Position numbers and translations under genes: made by a program
Part shown: positions 26,680 through 38,521 of the stretch, piece after piece
Layout: each line of letters starts with the position of its first letter
Numbering within the stretch: the first letter of the stretch is position 1
The notes under the pieces: model-generated
Seen by the model: only the letters and a program-made list of their open reading frames with translations
Databases searched by the model: none
What the model was told of the DNA's origin: nothing
Sequence record: LC727697.1
Length of the DNA: 64,000 nucleotides
Reading direction: 5' to 3' (one strand)

Positions 26680-26939
26680 CAGCCAAAAATTATTACGCCA
26701 TTGTGGTTTAGTATCATAAATTCATCAAATCTATTAAATGATATAGTATCACAATTGTACTGTAAATAAAACATACCTACAATGTCATTACTAGCATGGC
26801 AATTTAGATACCCATTAATTTTCTGTATCTGATTTAGAAAACGATATAACGTGTTATAATCGGGCAGAACAAGTCGAATTTCACAATCAGTATAAAGAAT
26901 CCATTCGACATTACGCTGAAGCATTAATATTAATAACAC
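26676..26939 (-). CDS. two-unit microprotein family member
   Basis: LILMLQRNVEWI ... GMFYLQYNCDTI. Confidence 0.75.
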   Translation of the reverse strand: MLLILMLQRNVEWILYTDCEIRLVLPDYNTLYRFLNQIQKINGYLNCHASNDIVGMFYLQYNCDTISFNRFDEFMILNHNGVIIFGW

Positions 26940-26951
26940 AAATTCCGTCCT

Positions 26952-27242
26952 CTACAAACTAAAAAAATGACCGCCTTTACTATCTAGAAAACAAATCATA
27001 TCCATTTGATGTTTTTCATTAAGAAAATAAAACTTATTTGTATGCACTTGTAAATGTATAATTCCTATTACATCATTTATAACAGAGTACGAAACAAAAT
27101 GTTTCATACTGAAACCATGATGATCTATTAATGAATATGCTACTTCATTAGTATCAAAAATATCAAATCCGTGCGAAGCCCTTCTAATCGAACAACACAA
27201 TTTCTGTATAAACAGGATAAAATACATTACTAAAGTATACAA
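26952..27242 (-). CDS. two-unit microprotein family member
   Basis: MYFILFIQKLCCSI ... GIIHLQVHTNKF. Confidence 0.75.
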   Translation of the reverse strand: MYTLVMYFILFIQKLCCSIRRASHGFDIFDTNEVAYSLIDHHGFSMKHFVSYSVINDVIGIIHLQVHTNKFYFLNEKHQMDMICFLDSKGGHFFSL

Positions 27243-27514
27243 ATATATTGAATTAGATCTTCATACACATTAGTCATACGACATATTATAGAACGGGTAC
27301 TATAACTTATTTGTAATGAATGTATGCTATTCTGCAAATGCATTATACTAGTTTCGTTGTTTATACTATTACACGAACAATAGGCATACATACGCCCATT
27401 CGGCGGACGTAATAACGATACTATAGTATAATCACTATAGTCGATCATATCTATAATATAATCTGAATACCAAATCTTAAAACAACGAGACTGAAATAAT
27501 AATATTAAGTCCAT
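27230..27514 (-). CDS. two-unit microprotein family member
   Basis: MDLILLFQSRCFKI ... SIMHLQNSIHSL. Confidence 0.75.
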   Translation of the reverse strand: MDLILLFQSRCFKIWYSDYIIDMIDYSDYTIVSLLRPPNGRMYAYCSCNSINNETSIMHLQNSIHSLQISYSTRSIICRMTNVYEDLIQYICIL

Positions 27515-27517
27515 ATA

Positions 27518-27835
27518 TTAGACAAAACTATTGTATATAGCATGTTGAAGAAAACCGTTAGCAAACACCATATTAACAATAATATCTGTTTTACCAGAAA
27601 CTGATTTTAAATGTTTAACTTCTATTAACGATAGAATAGATTGCATATGCAATAATCCTATCACATCACATAAATTATTATACAAACAATATGCATCATA
27701 TGACACATGTTTTCTCCCCATAGGCAACGTAATTCCATATACGAACTCCCTATTATGCGCATTAAGCATATCAATGATTTGTTTGGTATATACAATCTCA
27801 TGACACTGAGATTGAAGTAATAGTATGAAATCCAT
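27518..27835 (-). CDS. two-unit microprotein family member
   Basis: MDFILLLQSQCHEI ... GLLHMQSILSLI. Confidence 0.75.
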   Translation of the reverse strand: MDFILLLQSQCHEIVYTKQIIDMLNAHNREFVYGITLPMGRKHVSYDAYCLYNNLCDVIGLLHMQSILSLIEVKHLKSVSGKTDIIVNMVFANGFLQHAIYNSFV

Positions 27836-27838
27836 ATA

Positions 27839-28108
27839 TTATTTCAAATCAACATGTATTTCATGTACAAACCTATTATTATTAGCAAAAGTAAAAGAAA
27901 TATAATTGTCCGTATGCATGAAAAATTTATAATTACAGTATTGTAAATGAAGAATACCAAGTAAGCAATTGATATTTCTATAATACAGTCTAATACCGTT
28001 ACCTGTAATCATAGCTATATGCTTTTCATTCTTGTTGTTAAGACGGACGTACCATTCACTATAGTCCATCTCTACAGTATTATGTTGAAGAAATAGTATC
28101 AGATCCAT
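27839..28108 (-). CDS. two-unit family member, recent duplicate of 28112-28384
   Basis: MDLILFLQHNTVE ... LLGILHLQYCNY. Confidence 0.85.
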   Translation of the reverse strand: MDLILFLQHNTVEMDYSEWYVRLNNKNEKHIAMITGNGIRLYYRNINCLLGILHLQYCNYKFFMHTDNYISFTFANNNRFVHEIHVDLK

Positions 28109-28111
28109 ATA

Positions 28112-28384
28112 TTATTTCAAATCAGCATATATTTTATGTACAAATCTATTATTATTAACAAATGTAAAAGAAATATAATTGCCCATATACTTGAATAAAA
28201 AATCATAATTACAATATTGTAAATGAAGAATACCAAGTAAGCTATTAATATTTCCATAATACATTTTAAAACCGTTATCGGTAATCATAGCCATACTATC
28301 TTCATTCTTGTTGTTAAAACGAATGCACCATTCGCACGCGTCTATCTCTACAGTATTATGTTGAAGAAATAGTATCAGATCCAT
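28112..28384 (-). CDS. two-unit family member, recent duplicate of 27839-28108
   Basis: MDLILFLQHNTVE ... LLGILHLQYCNY. Confidence 0.85.
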   Translation of the reverse strand: MDLILFLQHNTVEIDACEWCIRFNNKNEDSMAMITDNGFKMYYGNINSLLGILHLQYCNYDFLFKYMGNYISFTFVNNNRFVHKIYADLK

Positions 28385-28534
28385 AACTAGTTGTCCTGTA
28401 TATACGTTATACTACGAAATGGAATTATATTAACAAGCGTACAGTAGGTGAGTTGTATAGAGTCACGGTTTATATACGTATAGCATACTATATTCCGTAT
28501 ATGTTATGCAAACGGGAATATATAATGAAACCGG

Positions 28535-28770
28535 CCTATATAGCAAGAATTGGAAATTTTCAAAAAAAATATTTTTTATTGAAAAAGAACTTATATTTTA
28601 TAAGAAGGTCCCTATATAGCAGAAAACGGATTTTTCCAAAAAAAATCTATAAAAATGGTTAGAAATGGCTAGAAATGGAAAGAAAATGGATGTAACTGGG
28701 AAGAATATAAATGTAACTGGAAAGAAAATGGATGGGACCTATAGAGCAAGATTTCCAAAATTTTGGTCCT
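28535..28770. repeat. three CCTATA(T/G)AGCA motifs with A/T tracts and AAATGG repeats
   Basis: Copies at 28535, 28611, 28738, each followed by a TTT(C)CAAAA element. Confidence 0.75.
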
Positions 28771-28814
28771 TCTTTCTTCGGTGATGTTAGGGTTCACCGA
28801 AATATGTACTATAT

Positions 28815-29150
28815 AATTCACTTATTATTTGTACACTATCACTATCTTATTAGTATCACTCAGTATCACTCATTATTTGTACACTATAGCTATCTATCAG
28901 TATTGGTATTAGTATCACTTCTATAAGTATCACTCATTATTCACTATCTATTGGTATTATCAATCAACATTATTCATTATTTGTTACACTATAGCTATCT
29001 CAGTATTAGTATTTTAGTATTAGTATCTATCAGTATTATCACTCATTATTTGTATACTATAGCTATATCTATCAGTATTAGTATTATCACTCATTGGTTG
29101 TTACACTATAGTTTCTATCTATTAGAGTATTATCACTCATTAGTTATAGT
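28815..29150. repeat. imperfect tandem repeats (about 5-6 units)
   Basis: TCACTCATTATTTGT(T)ACACTATAGCTATCT..AGTATTAGTATT recurring. Confidence 0.85.
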
Positions 29151-29181
29151 GTAGTGATTTCTATCATTCATCTTCATTACT

Positions 29182-31468
29182 TTAATAAAGTCTTCTTGAA
29201 TAACATTTTGTATTAACTGATAACCAATTACTATTACACATAGATAAAACAAAGGGATGAATGTGTATTGTATAAATTATATGCTGAAGATAACACATGA
29301 TTATATTGTTATTATTAAAGTTATTGATATGTATGTAACAGTTGAATTTGTTATTGTATATACCTAATTCTAATAATCTATTTCTATCAGAATATAATAC
29401 AAAATCATTAGTTAGAAACTGTATTGTAGTTGTGTATGATTGTAATGTTATAATAAATTTCATTTATGGTTATAGTTATGGATGTATATAAAAAATATTA
29501 AATCCGTACATACATCATATATTTTTATTAGGTAATATGCACGTTGTAGTATATGTGTTTTAGACTGTAAATGTAGTATGCCGAAAATATCATTAAAGAC
29601 ATTATAGTCTATGTCTACTACGGTCTTTTTGTTCTTGCGTGTTATAAGATAAAAGCATTTTCTATCTGAGTTAATTAAACGATAAGTAGTATCAAATTGG
29701 GATATATATCTAGTTTTATTTTGCAGTGCGAGGATTAGGTTCATATGATAGAGTGAACTATATAGTGGGAAGTAAAGATTACTAGTGAGTTCCGTGTGGT
29801 AGATATTAAAGTTGTTTGACTTTGTATATGAAGAATGCAGATTTCGTTACACAACTTATCGTAGTTCGCACGCACATATACACGGGATATTATTTTTTGG
29901 ATCTTTATTTCTATTATAGGTTGGTCATGTACGTTATATAGTGTTAAGCCGTGACGGGTGCTGCCAGAGTGGGTGGATTTTTTAATTTGATTTACTTCTG
30001 AAGAGATAAGTTTAATATAGTCCATGTGTTATAATATAATAAACGTTTCTATGGTACATATTTCTCATTCTTATCATATAATAAGAATTTGATGATTCTT
30101 GATGTATAGTGTGTGTATTTTGTTGTAGATAGAGTATTGCAGTTTTGTCATTAAAAATACCTAGATATATGAACATAGAATTTGTTATATCTATGTCTAT
30201 TACTGGCATTTCGTCTTCTGTGTATAATTCTATAATACTATTACGATATAATATAATAGAAGTGTTATGTTGTAGTAGGAAAATAAAATCCATAATTATA
30301 TAACCAAGGTATTGTTGCAAAGATATGGATACGCTAGAAAATGGCTATGTACAATGGGATAACTAATAGTTTTTGTGTTATGTTGAATATAACAGATTAA
30401 ATCAATGTTTAGTAATAATTTGCTAATGTAAATTTTAGTTTGGCCATACATGTAATGGCAAATTATAATTTCTTTAGTTTTATTAATGACGATTATATAG
30501 TTAGCATATGCACTTATTGTATGTGTTAAATGTGAGATATGTATTATCATTTGATTTTCAACCGAATATATGATTCGTCAAAAACCAAAGCGTATGATTT
30601 TTCCATTCTTTTGATCTTCTTTATTTTATTAGATATAATAACTAACGTAGATTCTGACATTTGAAACTGGTTTATTCTTAAAAATGTCTGGCAGGTCCAT
30701 GTAGAAAATGATAAACAAAAAGATGCTACTTTTATATAATCGGTATTTACAAGAATAAATCTAACAGCATTTAGACCATCATGCGGTATGATTTTACTGG
30801 TGTTTCTTAATAATTCAAGTATTAAATTCATAATATTCTTTACATAACATTGTATTAAGTAATGAATTGACATTTAGTCTATAATACGTAATTGTGTTTA
30901 TTGTTTTTATTGAATCGCATTTGTATTGTATATACAAAGGATCTATTTCGTTAAGCATACTAAAACACATTCGAAAATTAGAAATAGTAACAACTGAGCA
31001 TAGAAACACAAATCCATTTATATTAGCAATGTATATGCCTGGACCTCTTGTATTGTTAAAATACTGTCCGTAGATTAGTTTGTGGGAATTACTTGATATG
31101 ATAAATGGTAGGTTGCACATAGGGTTTAGATGGACATTAATCTGCTCATTAAAAGAGTTTAATAATGTAGTTTCTGTACAACAACTATTTAAATGATAGT
31201 TCACATACTTATCTTTTTAAATATAGTGAGGTATGGGAGAGTTATATAATAATATTCGGTGTGAATGGTTTAATTTTATCGTTTTTGCATTATTAGAAAT
31301 ATAAAATAGTAAGAAATCAGATTCACTCATATAATGCCATAGAATGTTAGTATCTATAAATGCGGTTGGATATATTTGCGCTAATCTATTACCATACACA
31401 GTAAGTTCTAATTCATTAAACTGTGCATTTAGTTCATATGTAAAGTGTGAAAGAAGTATAACAATCAT
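29182..31468 (-). CDS. eight tandem two-unit family ORFs (29182-29463, 29460-29744, 29741-30025, 30012-30320, 30296-30550, 30547-30873, 30815-31204, 31217-31468)
   Basis: e.g. MKFIITLQSYTTTI/MCYLQHIIYTI; MNLILALQNKTRYI/GILHLQSKTHIL; MDFIFLLQHNTSII/AILYLQQNTHTI; LFYISNNAKTI. Confidence 0.75.
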
Positions 31469-31488
31469 GCATTTTTGCCCATTTAAGA

Positions 31489-34400
31489 CTATGTTATTTT
31501 TCTAAATAACGTCAAATAATATTTGTTAGAAAATACTTCTAAGAAGTTGTTATGCATTGATATTGATCTTGTGACCGATTGTATCAAAATAGGAATTATT
31601 ATATCGTTACATATAACTTTTTTAAATAATAGTACGCCATTTATAAATATGCAATTGTTATCACCTTTGTATATTTTTAGTGTGTACAAACATTTTCTAA
31701 TTCTTTTTCTAAAACTGATTTCTATAGATATAGTATCAGCTATACTACTCAGAAATATTAACAACATACACTTGTCGTTCGGTATTTTATATACCATTTT
31801 TCGATCTATACCTTATAGATAATTATAATACCACATTATTTTTTTATCAGTTAATATACGCACCCGGTTATCAGTGAATGCTATGTACCCGCATTGTTTA
31901 GATGCTATAAATACTGCCCTATTCCACAAACTAAATGGATTACTATAAAAGTTATAATTTACATTATAATAAACAGAAGGTTTTGTGTATATAGAACATA
32001 TGCCAGAGTAAATTACAATTAATCTAGCTTTATTAGATATTTCTAAAATTTCGTCATAATAAATTTTATGCATAGTCAGAATTATTTTAACCATTTGCCG
32101 TGATAATATCTTCTTCCTATAGCAAGGAAAATGTATTCATCGTCTATATCTTTAAATGATACTTTAATGTCCACAGCACCCCATACAACAAGTGATGTAG
32201 TTGTGTGCTGTAATAGTAGAATACGATATATGGAATCTAACTTTATGTTATGAAGTACAACTGCGCCTTTTCCTGTTCTTCGGTTTATCGAAAGAACATG
32301 ACCGCCTAAACTCGTTATTAACGTGATACAGTCCGTGTCAAAGAAGATTTCGGAAGTTGATGCTTGAATGTTAATGATAATATTCATATATTTTATTCAC
32401 AATTGCACATTGTTTTTTATTATTGCACATTGTGCATGTTATAGCAACTGAAAAAGTTATTGGTAAAGACCTTTCCATATAAGTGTACCATTATATGATA
32501 TGCAAATTGCATACTTATTATCGAATATTACGCGGCAAAATGATTGTATTATAAAAGGAGATAGTGTAAACACACACAAATATAAATGATGTATTCTGCT
32601 AGCAGCACGGGAACCCATGTATGGTATAGATATGCTATAAAATATGATTCCAGCAGCGTTGAACAAGTCTACACAGTTATGAGAAAATGAAGTTATATAA
32701 GTCTCTTTACTTAACAATAGTATTAATTCATCGTTCATAACATATTTGTACGAAATACAGCATCTGCTGATATATTAGATTTATTTTGACGGAAAAGTAT
32801 AATAGACGGTAAATATACCAGTTTATTTGTATAATATTGTATAATTATAGGTAATGAAATATAGTTTAACCAACTGTTATCTATATAAGGAAAATTACAC
32901 ATACCATGCAAGTGTATTGGTATTATTTTATAAAAGAATATACCTTTATTGCCAACAAAGGTAATATTTGTGTCGAATATAATACAATTTGTGTTATTAC
33001 TTATATGTAATATAAAATCATATTTCATTAAGTATAGATATCCTAATTAACACAACTAGTCATGATAACGCCATTGCAATTGCGTATAAAAGCATATCTG
33101 GGGGTGACATAAATTTCGGAACAATTTTTACTTATATAAATGATAATAAAACTATCTGTTATTAATTCGTCTACAACAATTAATGACTTAGTTTTAGATA
33201 AAAAATTTATAAAGTATACCACTTTATTATAATTTTGAAAACGCACAACATCGTCTAATAATGCTATCTGTTTAGTATTAATAGAAATTGTAAGTATTAA
33301 TTTAGTCATTTAAAGGTATATAGTATGTATAATAACTGTTTAGTGCAATAACACGACAATCTGAGTAACATGCAGCATATATTGTATCTGTGTGATAAGA
33401 TAATACCAATATATTAAATATGCATCCGGTAGGAAATAGATTTTTCATTAATAATTTATTTTATCTAATTGACATATTTAATAGTGTCACAATAACTAGT
33501 ATACACTAATTAAAATTAATGGTATGATATTTATGGTGTAACTTGATCTGATTTAGCAGATACGTTACTAAGACAATAAAATATCTTTAACTTAGTAGTA
33601 GTTACCTGTATCTTTTCTCTACCAATAATAAATAAAAGCTTATTACAATATTTAGACGTTAGTAAGATTTTTTGTTTCCAATCAAAATCGAAAATGTCGA
33701 TTGGGTGTCCTGCGGCTGAACGTATTGCATAAAATACTCTATTGTGTTTATTAATTAAATAAAATGTAGTTATATTAGAACACTGGACAGCTATCTCGCA
33801 CGAAATATAAAATATATTGTCCATCAAATTACCTATGTATTGTACAATTATATTAGTAAGTGACAATCTTAGAGAAAAATTGACCTACTTTTGTGAGCAC
33901 ATATATTTGAATTAATTCGTGATGCACAGAAAATTTAAAAATATCTGTGTAAAACTGAACTAGTGCGGGAATCTCATATATTGTCCCCCAGCCATTACTT
34001 CCGTCGTCTATCACTACCGGATGTGAATTAAGATTTTTTGTTACAACATAGATACATTTTTGATCAAATCTGTATAATAAGAATGTGCTATTACTCGTTG
34101 ATGTTATATAGTATGTATTGTTTGATATAAAAAGAATAATATCCATTTAGTGTTCCGCATTTAATTAACTTGTACACTAACATACAACACTTAATAACAC
34201 AACAGAGTTTTTATAATGAATAATACATAAGATATCACATTTTTCTGCAAATGTACTGTCACTGACCTATGTAATATAACAAATCTGTTAAAGATCTTCT
34301 GTCATCAGAATAAAAATAAAATACTACTTTATCGTATATTCTTAGTTCAGTGATGTGTTTACATTTACATGACAAAATAAAAATAAATAATTTTTTAAAT

Positions 34401-34925
34401 ACTGATATATCGAGATTTAACATAAGTGATACTGTTTTACCATATTTTACTTCTGTTATATATTTGATTATATCGTTAGAGGGGCTAGTTCGAATATATA
34501 TTATATTGTTTATATGTCCGATTGACCGGTCTATACCTATTTGTATATTATCAATGCTAGCTATACAAAATATTAAATTCATTTTATAATAAAACAGAAA
34601 TATTTATAATTACAGAAGATGAATAACAAGACGAATATGTCATATTCGTATCAACTACTGACAGTAGTATATTTCTGTTATTATTTTTTATTATAAAACT
34701 TGCATTATCTGCTCCATATGCTATCGTGTGTGTATGGTTACATAATGCAATAATATCTATACTGCAATTATTATAGGATATAAATGAACAATTATGCCAG
34801 TTTTTGAGATGATATGCTGTAAATTCTCTAGCTCCTGTAGTATTATTAATGGTAACTATACATCCGTATTCTGCTTCTAATTTTCTACTTCTTATAAAAT
34901 TCTGAACATATAATATATTATTCAT
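31489..34925 (-). CDS. ten tandem family/family-like ORFs (31489-31797, 31813-32094, 32082-32387, 32457-32738, 32735-33028, 33043-33309, 33531-33866, 33853-34146, 34259-34582, 34584-34925)
   Basis: e.g. MNIIINIQASTSEI/RILLLQHTTTSL; DFILHISNNTNCI/PIIIQYYTNKL; MDIILFISNNTYYI/PALVQFYTDIF. Confidence 0.7.
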
Positions 34926-35412
34926 TTATGATACGCCGTAACAAAGGTGTTGGATCTAATAAATTTTCAGGTCTGCTAGTATTTAATTGCCATAATCCAA
35001 TAGAATTTGTAGTTCCTTTTGTATATCGTTCTACGTGAAGCATAGACATAGGACGTCCTTTGTTCTTTTTTAACACTTGTTCTACTCTGCCGATACATGT
35101 TCCAGCTGGTACAGTATCTCCTATGTTAATCCAATTTCCTACTAATATTTCGCCGTATACCCATACACCAAATACGTCTTCTACTACTAATGCACTTGTT
35201 TTATTCCACCAAGGTGTTCCGCAACCTGGTCCTGTAAAATCTTTTATTATATTAACTACTTTACCCGATAGCATTGTAAACACAGGTTCTTTATTTTTAC
35301 AATAAAGGTCTACGCCTTCGTGTATATGATTTTTTCGTTGGTATGCAAATCCGCCCGGATGTGTGTAATCTGGGATATTATTCAATTCTATAAATGGTTT
35401 TTGAAATATCAT
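34918..35412 (-). CDS. M23/LytM-family peptidase-like protein (possibly degenerate)
   Basis: HEGVD (HxxxD) motif, PV....G.V, LHVE; the usual YxH is YGE and HxH is MLH. Confidence 0.75.
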   Translation of the reverse strand: MIFQKPFIELNNIPDYTHPGGFAYQRKNHIHEGVDLYCKNKEPVFTMLSGKVVNIIKDFTGPGCGTPWWNKTSALVVEDVFGVWVYGEILVGNWINIGDTVPAGTCIGRVEQVLKKNKGRPMSMLHVERYTKGTTNSIGLWQLNTSRPENLLDPTPLLRRIINE

Positions 35413-37496
35413 ATTATGTAGGATACGTTTATCATAGTATATGCTTTTAACTTCCGAAATGATATAGTAAACAAATGCGAAGAACTGTGTAATTGAGTGT
35501 CATTGTACGAAAAAATCGTATCTCTTGCACGATGCGAAACATTACACACATCTATTATATGAATAGGAGTACACAGTATACTGGATACAACTTTTGTTAT
35601 AGGCCTACCCATTCCGAATATAACAAAATGAAACGATGTATAATTACTCAGTCTTATTGTATACGAATATCTTGTTATATTGCATAATATACTTGAATCA
35701 GACATATCATATTGTAGAAAATGTATATTCATATACAGCTATAAACTTATTGTTGCGTTCTGTTATATATTGAATTATATAATTACCAAATACATCTGCT
35801 ATACAAAATGTAACGAAATCACTATACGCATCTTCAGATATAGACGTGCATCTAGCAGTAATTGATACAATATATGTAATGCTAGCTGACATACGATATT
35901 CTATATCTGCAATATACTTCATCTGCAATACGGGGTCTTAATATACCCACAGAGCATATAGTATTGTGCATTATATCATCTAATACATATGTACTGTTTC
36001 TATATCTGTTTTTTATAGAATACACTGTATTGACTAATTTAAATAAATCTATTTTGAATTCATTTTTATATTTTAAGGTACATAATCCTGTAGTTAAATT
36101 AGTTGCCCATAAAATTATAGTAATATTAGGTGAAATATATAACGACCATATAGTGATTGTATGGTCCATTACCTTTATACTTCGTGTATTTTTAGAAATA
36201 TAATAAATTTTTTCTATATTAGAATGCATGTCCGAGCCCATGTGTGATTTTTGTAACTATATAACAATCCGTTTCCTTTATTATTAATAATACATACAGA
36301 TCTAGTTTTATAATACATCTCTGAGGCCATTTTAATCATAAAACATTTACTAGATAAAGACAGTACACATATATCATTTTTAAATGTGTAAATGTATGAT
36401 AAGTGCTCTGAATCATGGTTTAAATTATATCTTACAAAAAAGTTTAATGTTTTTGTTGGTTTGTCATATAATCCTTCTATACTTATAACACTGTTACCTA
36501 TAACAGCCACGTTTGAGCATCCTGCTTGCATTTCTAGTATATTGTTTTCCTTCATTTCAATACCTTATTTAAGAAATAACTAAACACAAATTATATCACA
36601 TGTTTATACAAAACACACCGGATCCCAATTATGGAACCGAGAACCTTGTATATCTATATTTAAGAAACATGGATTTATACCTAATGCTACTGCACGGTTT
36701 GATTCCATTTCTAAGTATAAAGTAGGATAGTCGAAACATATAATACAACACAAGGTAGACACCAAAAATACATTGATATGTAGATTTTTTGCAAACATAG
36801 AATACAAAGACGATTCTTTGTTACTGTAATGGAATACTTTCATGTTTTCTGAGTTAACAATAAAAAACCCGTAATTGTATTTTGAGTTATCTATTTCTAT
36901 TTTGTCACAATTGCTTTGTAATTTAATGATAAACACTTAAAATACCTTATATAATTTTGTTAAATTAACCCAACACGAATGGATAGTCAAGCATTTTGCG
37001 GTTCTTTGTCCTGTACATCTAACTCAGCAATAGTTGTACAGATTTTACTAGAATTGCAATAATAAGAATATACATAAAGAAGTTACATTTTTAGTTTGGA
37101 ATTTAAATGCAAATGGTGCGTTATGGTCTTATGCTAAAATACATTCATTTATGCTAATACTATTTCGGATGAATAATTTTTACTACTAATACTATCATTT
37201 GCTATTTCATTGTATAAAATTGTACTTGAGTTACTGTCTGTCAATACTACTACTATTCTATTAATAATATAAGATGATATTTTTTGTGTTAATAGCTGAA
37301 TCTTAAATATATCTAAGTATATCAAACTATTGTTATATGTATAGTCTACAAACCACGACTGTAATGAATTTTCAATTTCTACACAATAAAATATATTATT
37401 ACCACGTCTATCTTTGATAATAAAATTATAGCGGTATGACCGGTCGTCTGGTTGTATTGTTTCCTGCAAAGCACTTAGCGTTATTATAGTATTCAT
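35409..37496 (-). CDS. family-like ORFs (35409-35732, 35882-36241, 36214-36555, 36604-36936, 37149-37496)
   Basis: NNILEMQAGCSNV/VLSLSSKCFMI; MFIIKLQSNCDKI/VFLVSTLCCII; KIYYISKNTRSI. Confidence 0.65.
36962..36990 (-). promoter_or_regulatory. sigma70-type promoter
   Basis: AAAATGC-TTGACT-17-TAATTT. Confidence 0.65.
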
Positions 37497-37604
37497 TTGC
37501 TACTAGATAAAATAAACACAAGTTTATGTTTAACACCGACATACGGTATTATATGATAATTCCTTGCTTGAATAGAAATAACAAGCATTGTTAAAAGTGA
37601 GTGT

Positions 37605-38216
37605 TTAGCCATTCTCTTCTCTTACTTTTTTTGCAATCACTTTAAACAATCCTGGATTTACTTTAAGTGCTTGAGGAATTATATTATGTCGAATTTGATT
37701 TCTATTAAAATTAGTGTCTCGGTTACTAGGATCTTCTAACCATTGTACACCATTACTTTTCGCATATTTTTTAAATTCGTTTTTTGTAGTAAGCATAAAC
37801 GGTCGGATGACATTTTTTTTCCGATACGGAATGATACGAGGCGAACCGTGCATACTATAAAACAACCACGTCTCTACGTTGTCGTCTAGTGTATGTGCAG
37901 TCATGATTTCTAATTCATGAGAGTGCAGAAATTTATATCGTTCGTTTCGCCAATGTTCTTCCCAACTGCAACCTTTTGGTTTTTTTGTGTTAATGCAGTA
38001 TACATGGCAATTTATTTTATTGTCGCTACAATAATCTCTCACAAATTGCTCTGCTTTGATATCATACTCCGATCCGTGGTTTACATGAAAGACATCGAAG
38101 TTATTTTGTGGATATTTCTTTAAGAAGGACAATGCAACCATAGAATCAATACCGCCCGAAACAGCGATACCAAATTTCTGTCCATAATATGCAATGGGTT
38201 TTACTAACTTAATCAA
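37605..38216 (-). CDS. tilS: tRNA(Ile)-lysidine synthetase, catalytic domain only
   Basis: PP-loop AVSGGIDS, HVNHG, R.ERY, TAHTLDDNVET, IRPF, W.EDPSN.D..FNRN.IRH. Confidence 0.9.
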   Translation of the reverse strand: MIKLVKPIAYYGQKFGIAVSGGIDSMVALSFLKKYPQNNFDVFHVNHGSEYDIKAEQFVRDYCSDNKINCHVYCINTKKPKGCSWEEHWRNERYKFLHSHELEIMTAHTLDDNVETWLFYSMHGSPRIIPYRKKNVIRPFMLTTKNEFKKYAKSNGVQWLEDPSNRDTNFNRNQIRHNIIPQALKVNPGLFKVIAKKVREENG

Positions 38217-38218
38217 AC

Positions 38219-38518
38219 CTAATATCCTTCCTTCATAACTAATCCAAGTACATAAGAAAAATTACACGATTCTAAACCAGTTCTTAAACTTTTTCTATAT
38301 ATATGATATGTAGTTAAGGTATCATCAGTAGTAACTGACAAGAATACCATATTGCTCCAGATATATATACATTTATAGTTCAACGATATGCGTTGTAACG
38401 CTAGTATGCTGTACATGTTTTTATGCACTGTATTGTTAGCTGTATTAGCGTTATACATGCGTTTGCACGTTATTGCAAACTTGCGTATAGCATAATGCAA
38501 ACGTGCAAAATAACGCAT
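38219..38518 (-). CDS. hypothetical protein
   Basis: GAGG SD; 5' half lies in a GA/TC-free tract. Confidence 0.55.
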   Translation of the reverse strand: MRYFARLHYAIRKFAITCKRMYNANTANNTVHKNMYSILALQRISLNYKCIYIWSNMVFLSVTTDDTLTTYHIYRKSLRTGLESCNFSYVLGLVMKEGY

Positions 38519-38521
38519 TTT

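Noticed and set aside
28940-29140. TGATAAT half-sites in the repeat island as further Fur boxes
   Set aside because: Only isolated half-sites, without the inverted partner or GCAAAT flanks seen in the early-region operators.
28815-29150. CRISPR array
   Set aside because: Repeats are degenerate and contiguous with no unique, constant-length spacers, and there are no cas genes in the window.
28453-29154. Plus-strand ORFs in the repeat island
   Set aside because: Repeat-derived, no SD, against the local strand bias.
21603-37496. Short ORFs caused by stop-codon reassignment
   Set aside because: Each ORF has its own start and N-terminal motif and overlaps the next gene's start. Long genes (AAA ATPase, TilS, SleB) are intact in code 11, and no suppressor tRNA is among the 12.
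21603-37496. Diversity-generating retroelement as the source of variation
   Set aside because: No reverse transcriptase and no template/variable repeat pair differing only at adenines in this window.
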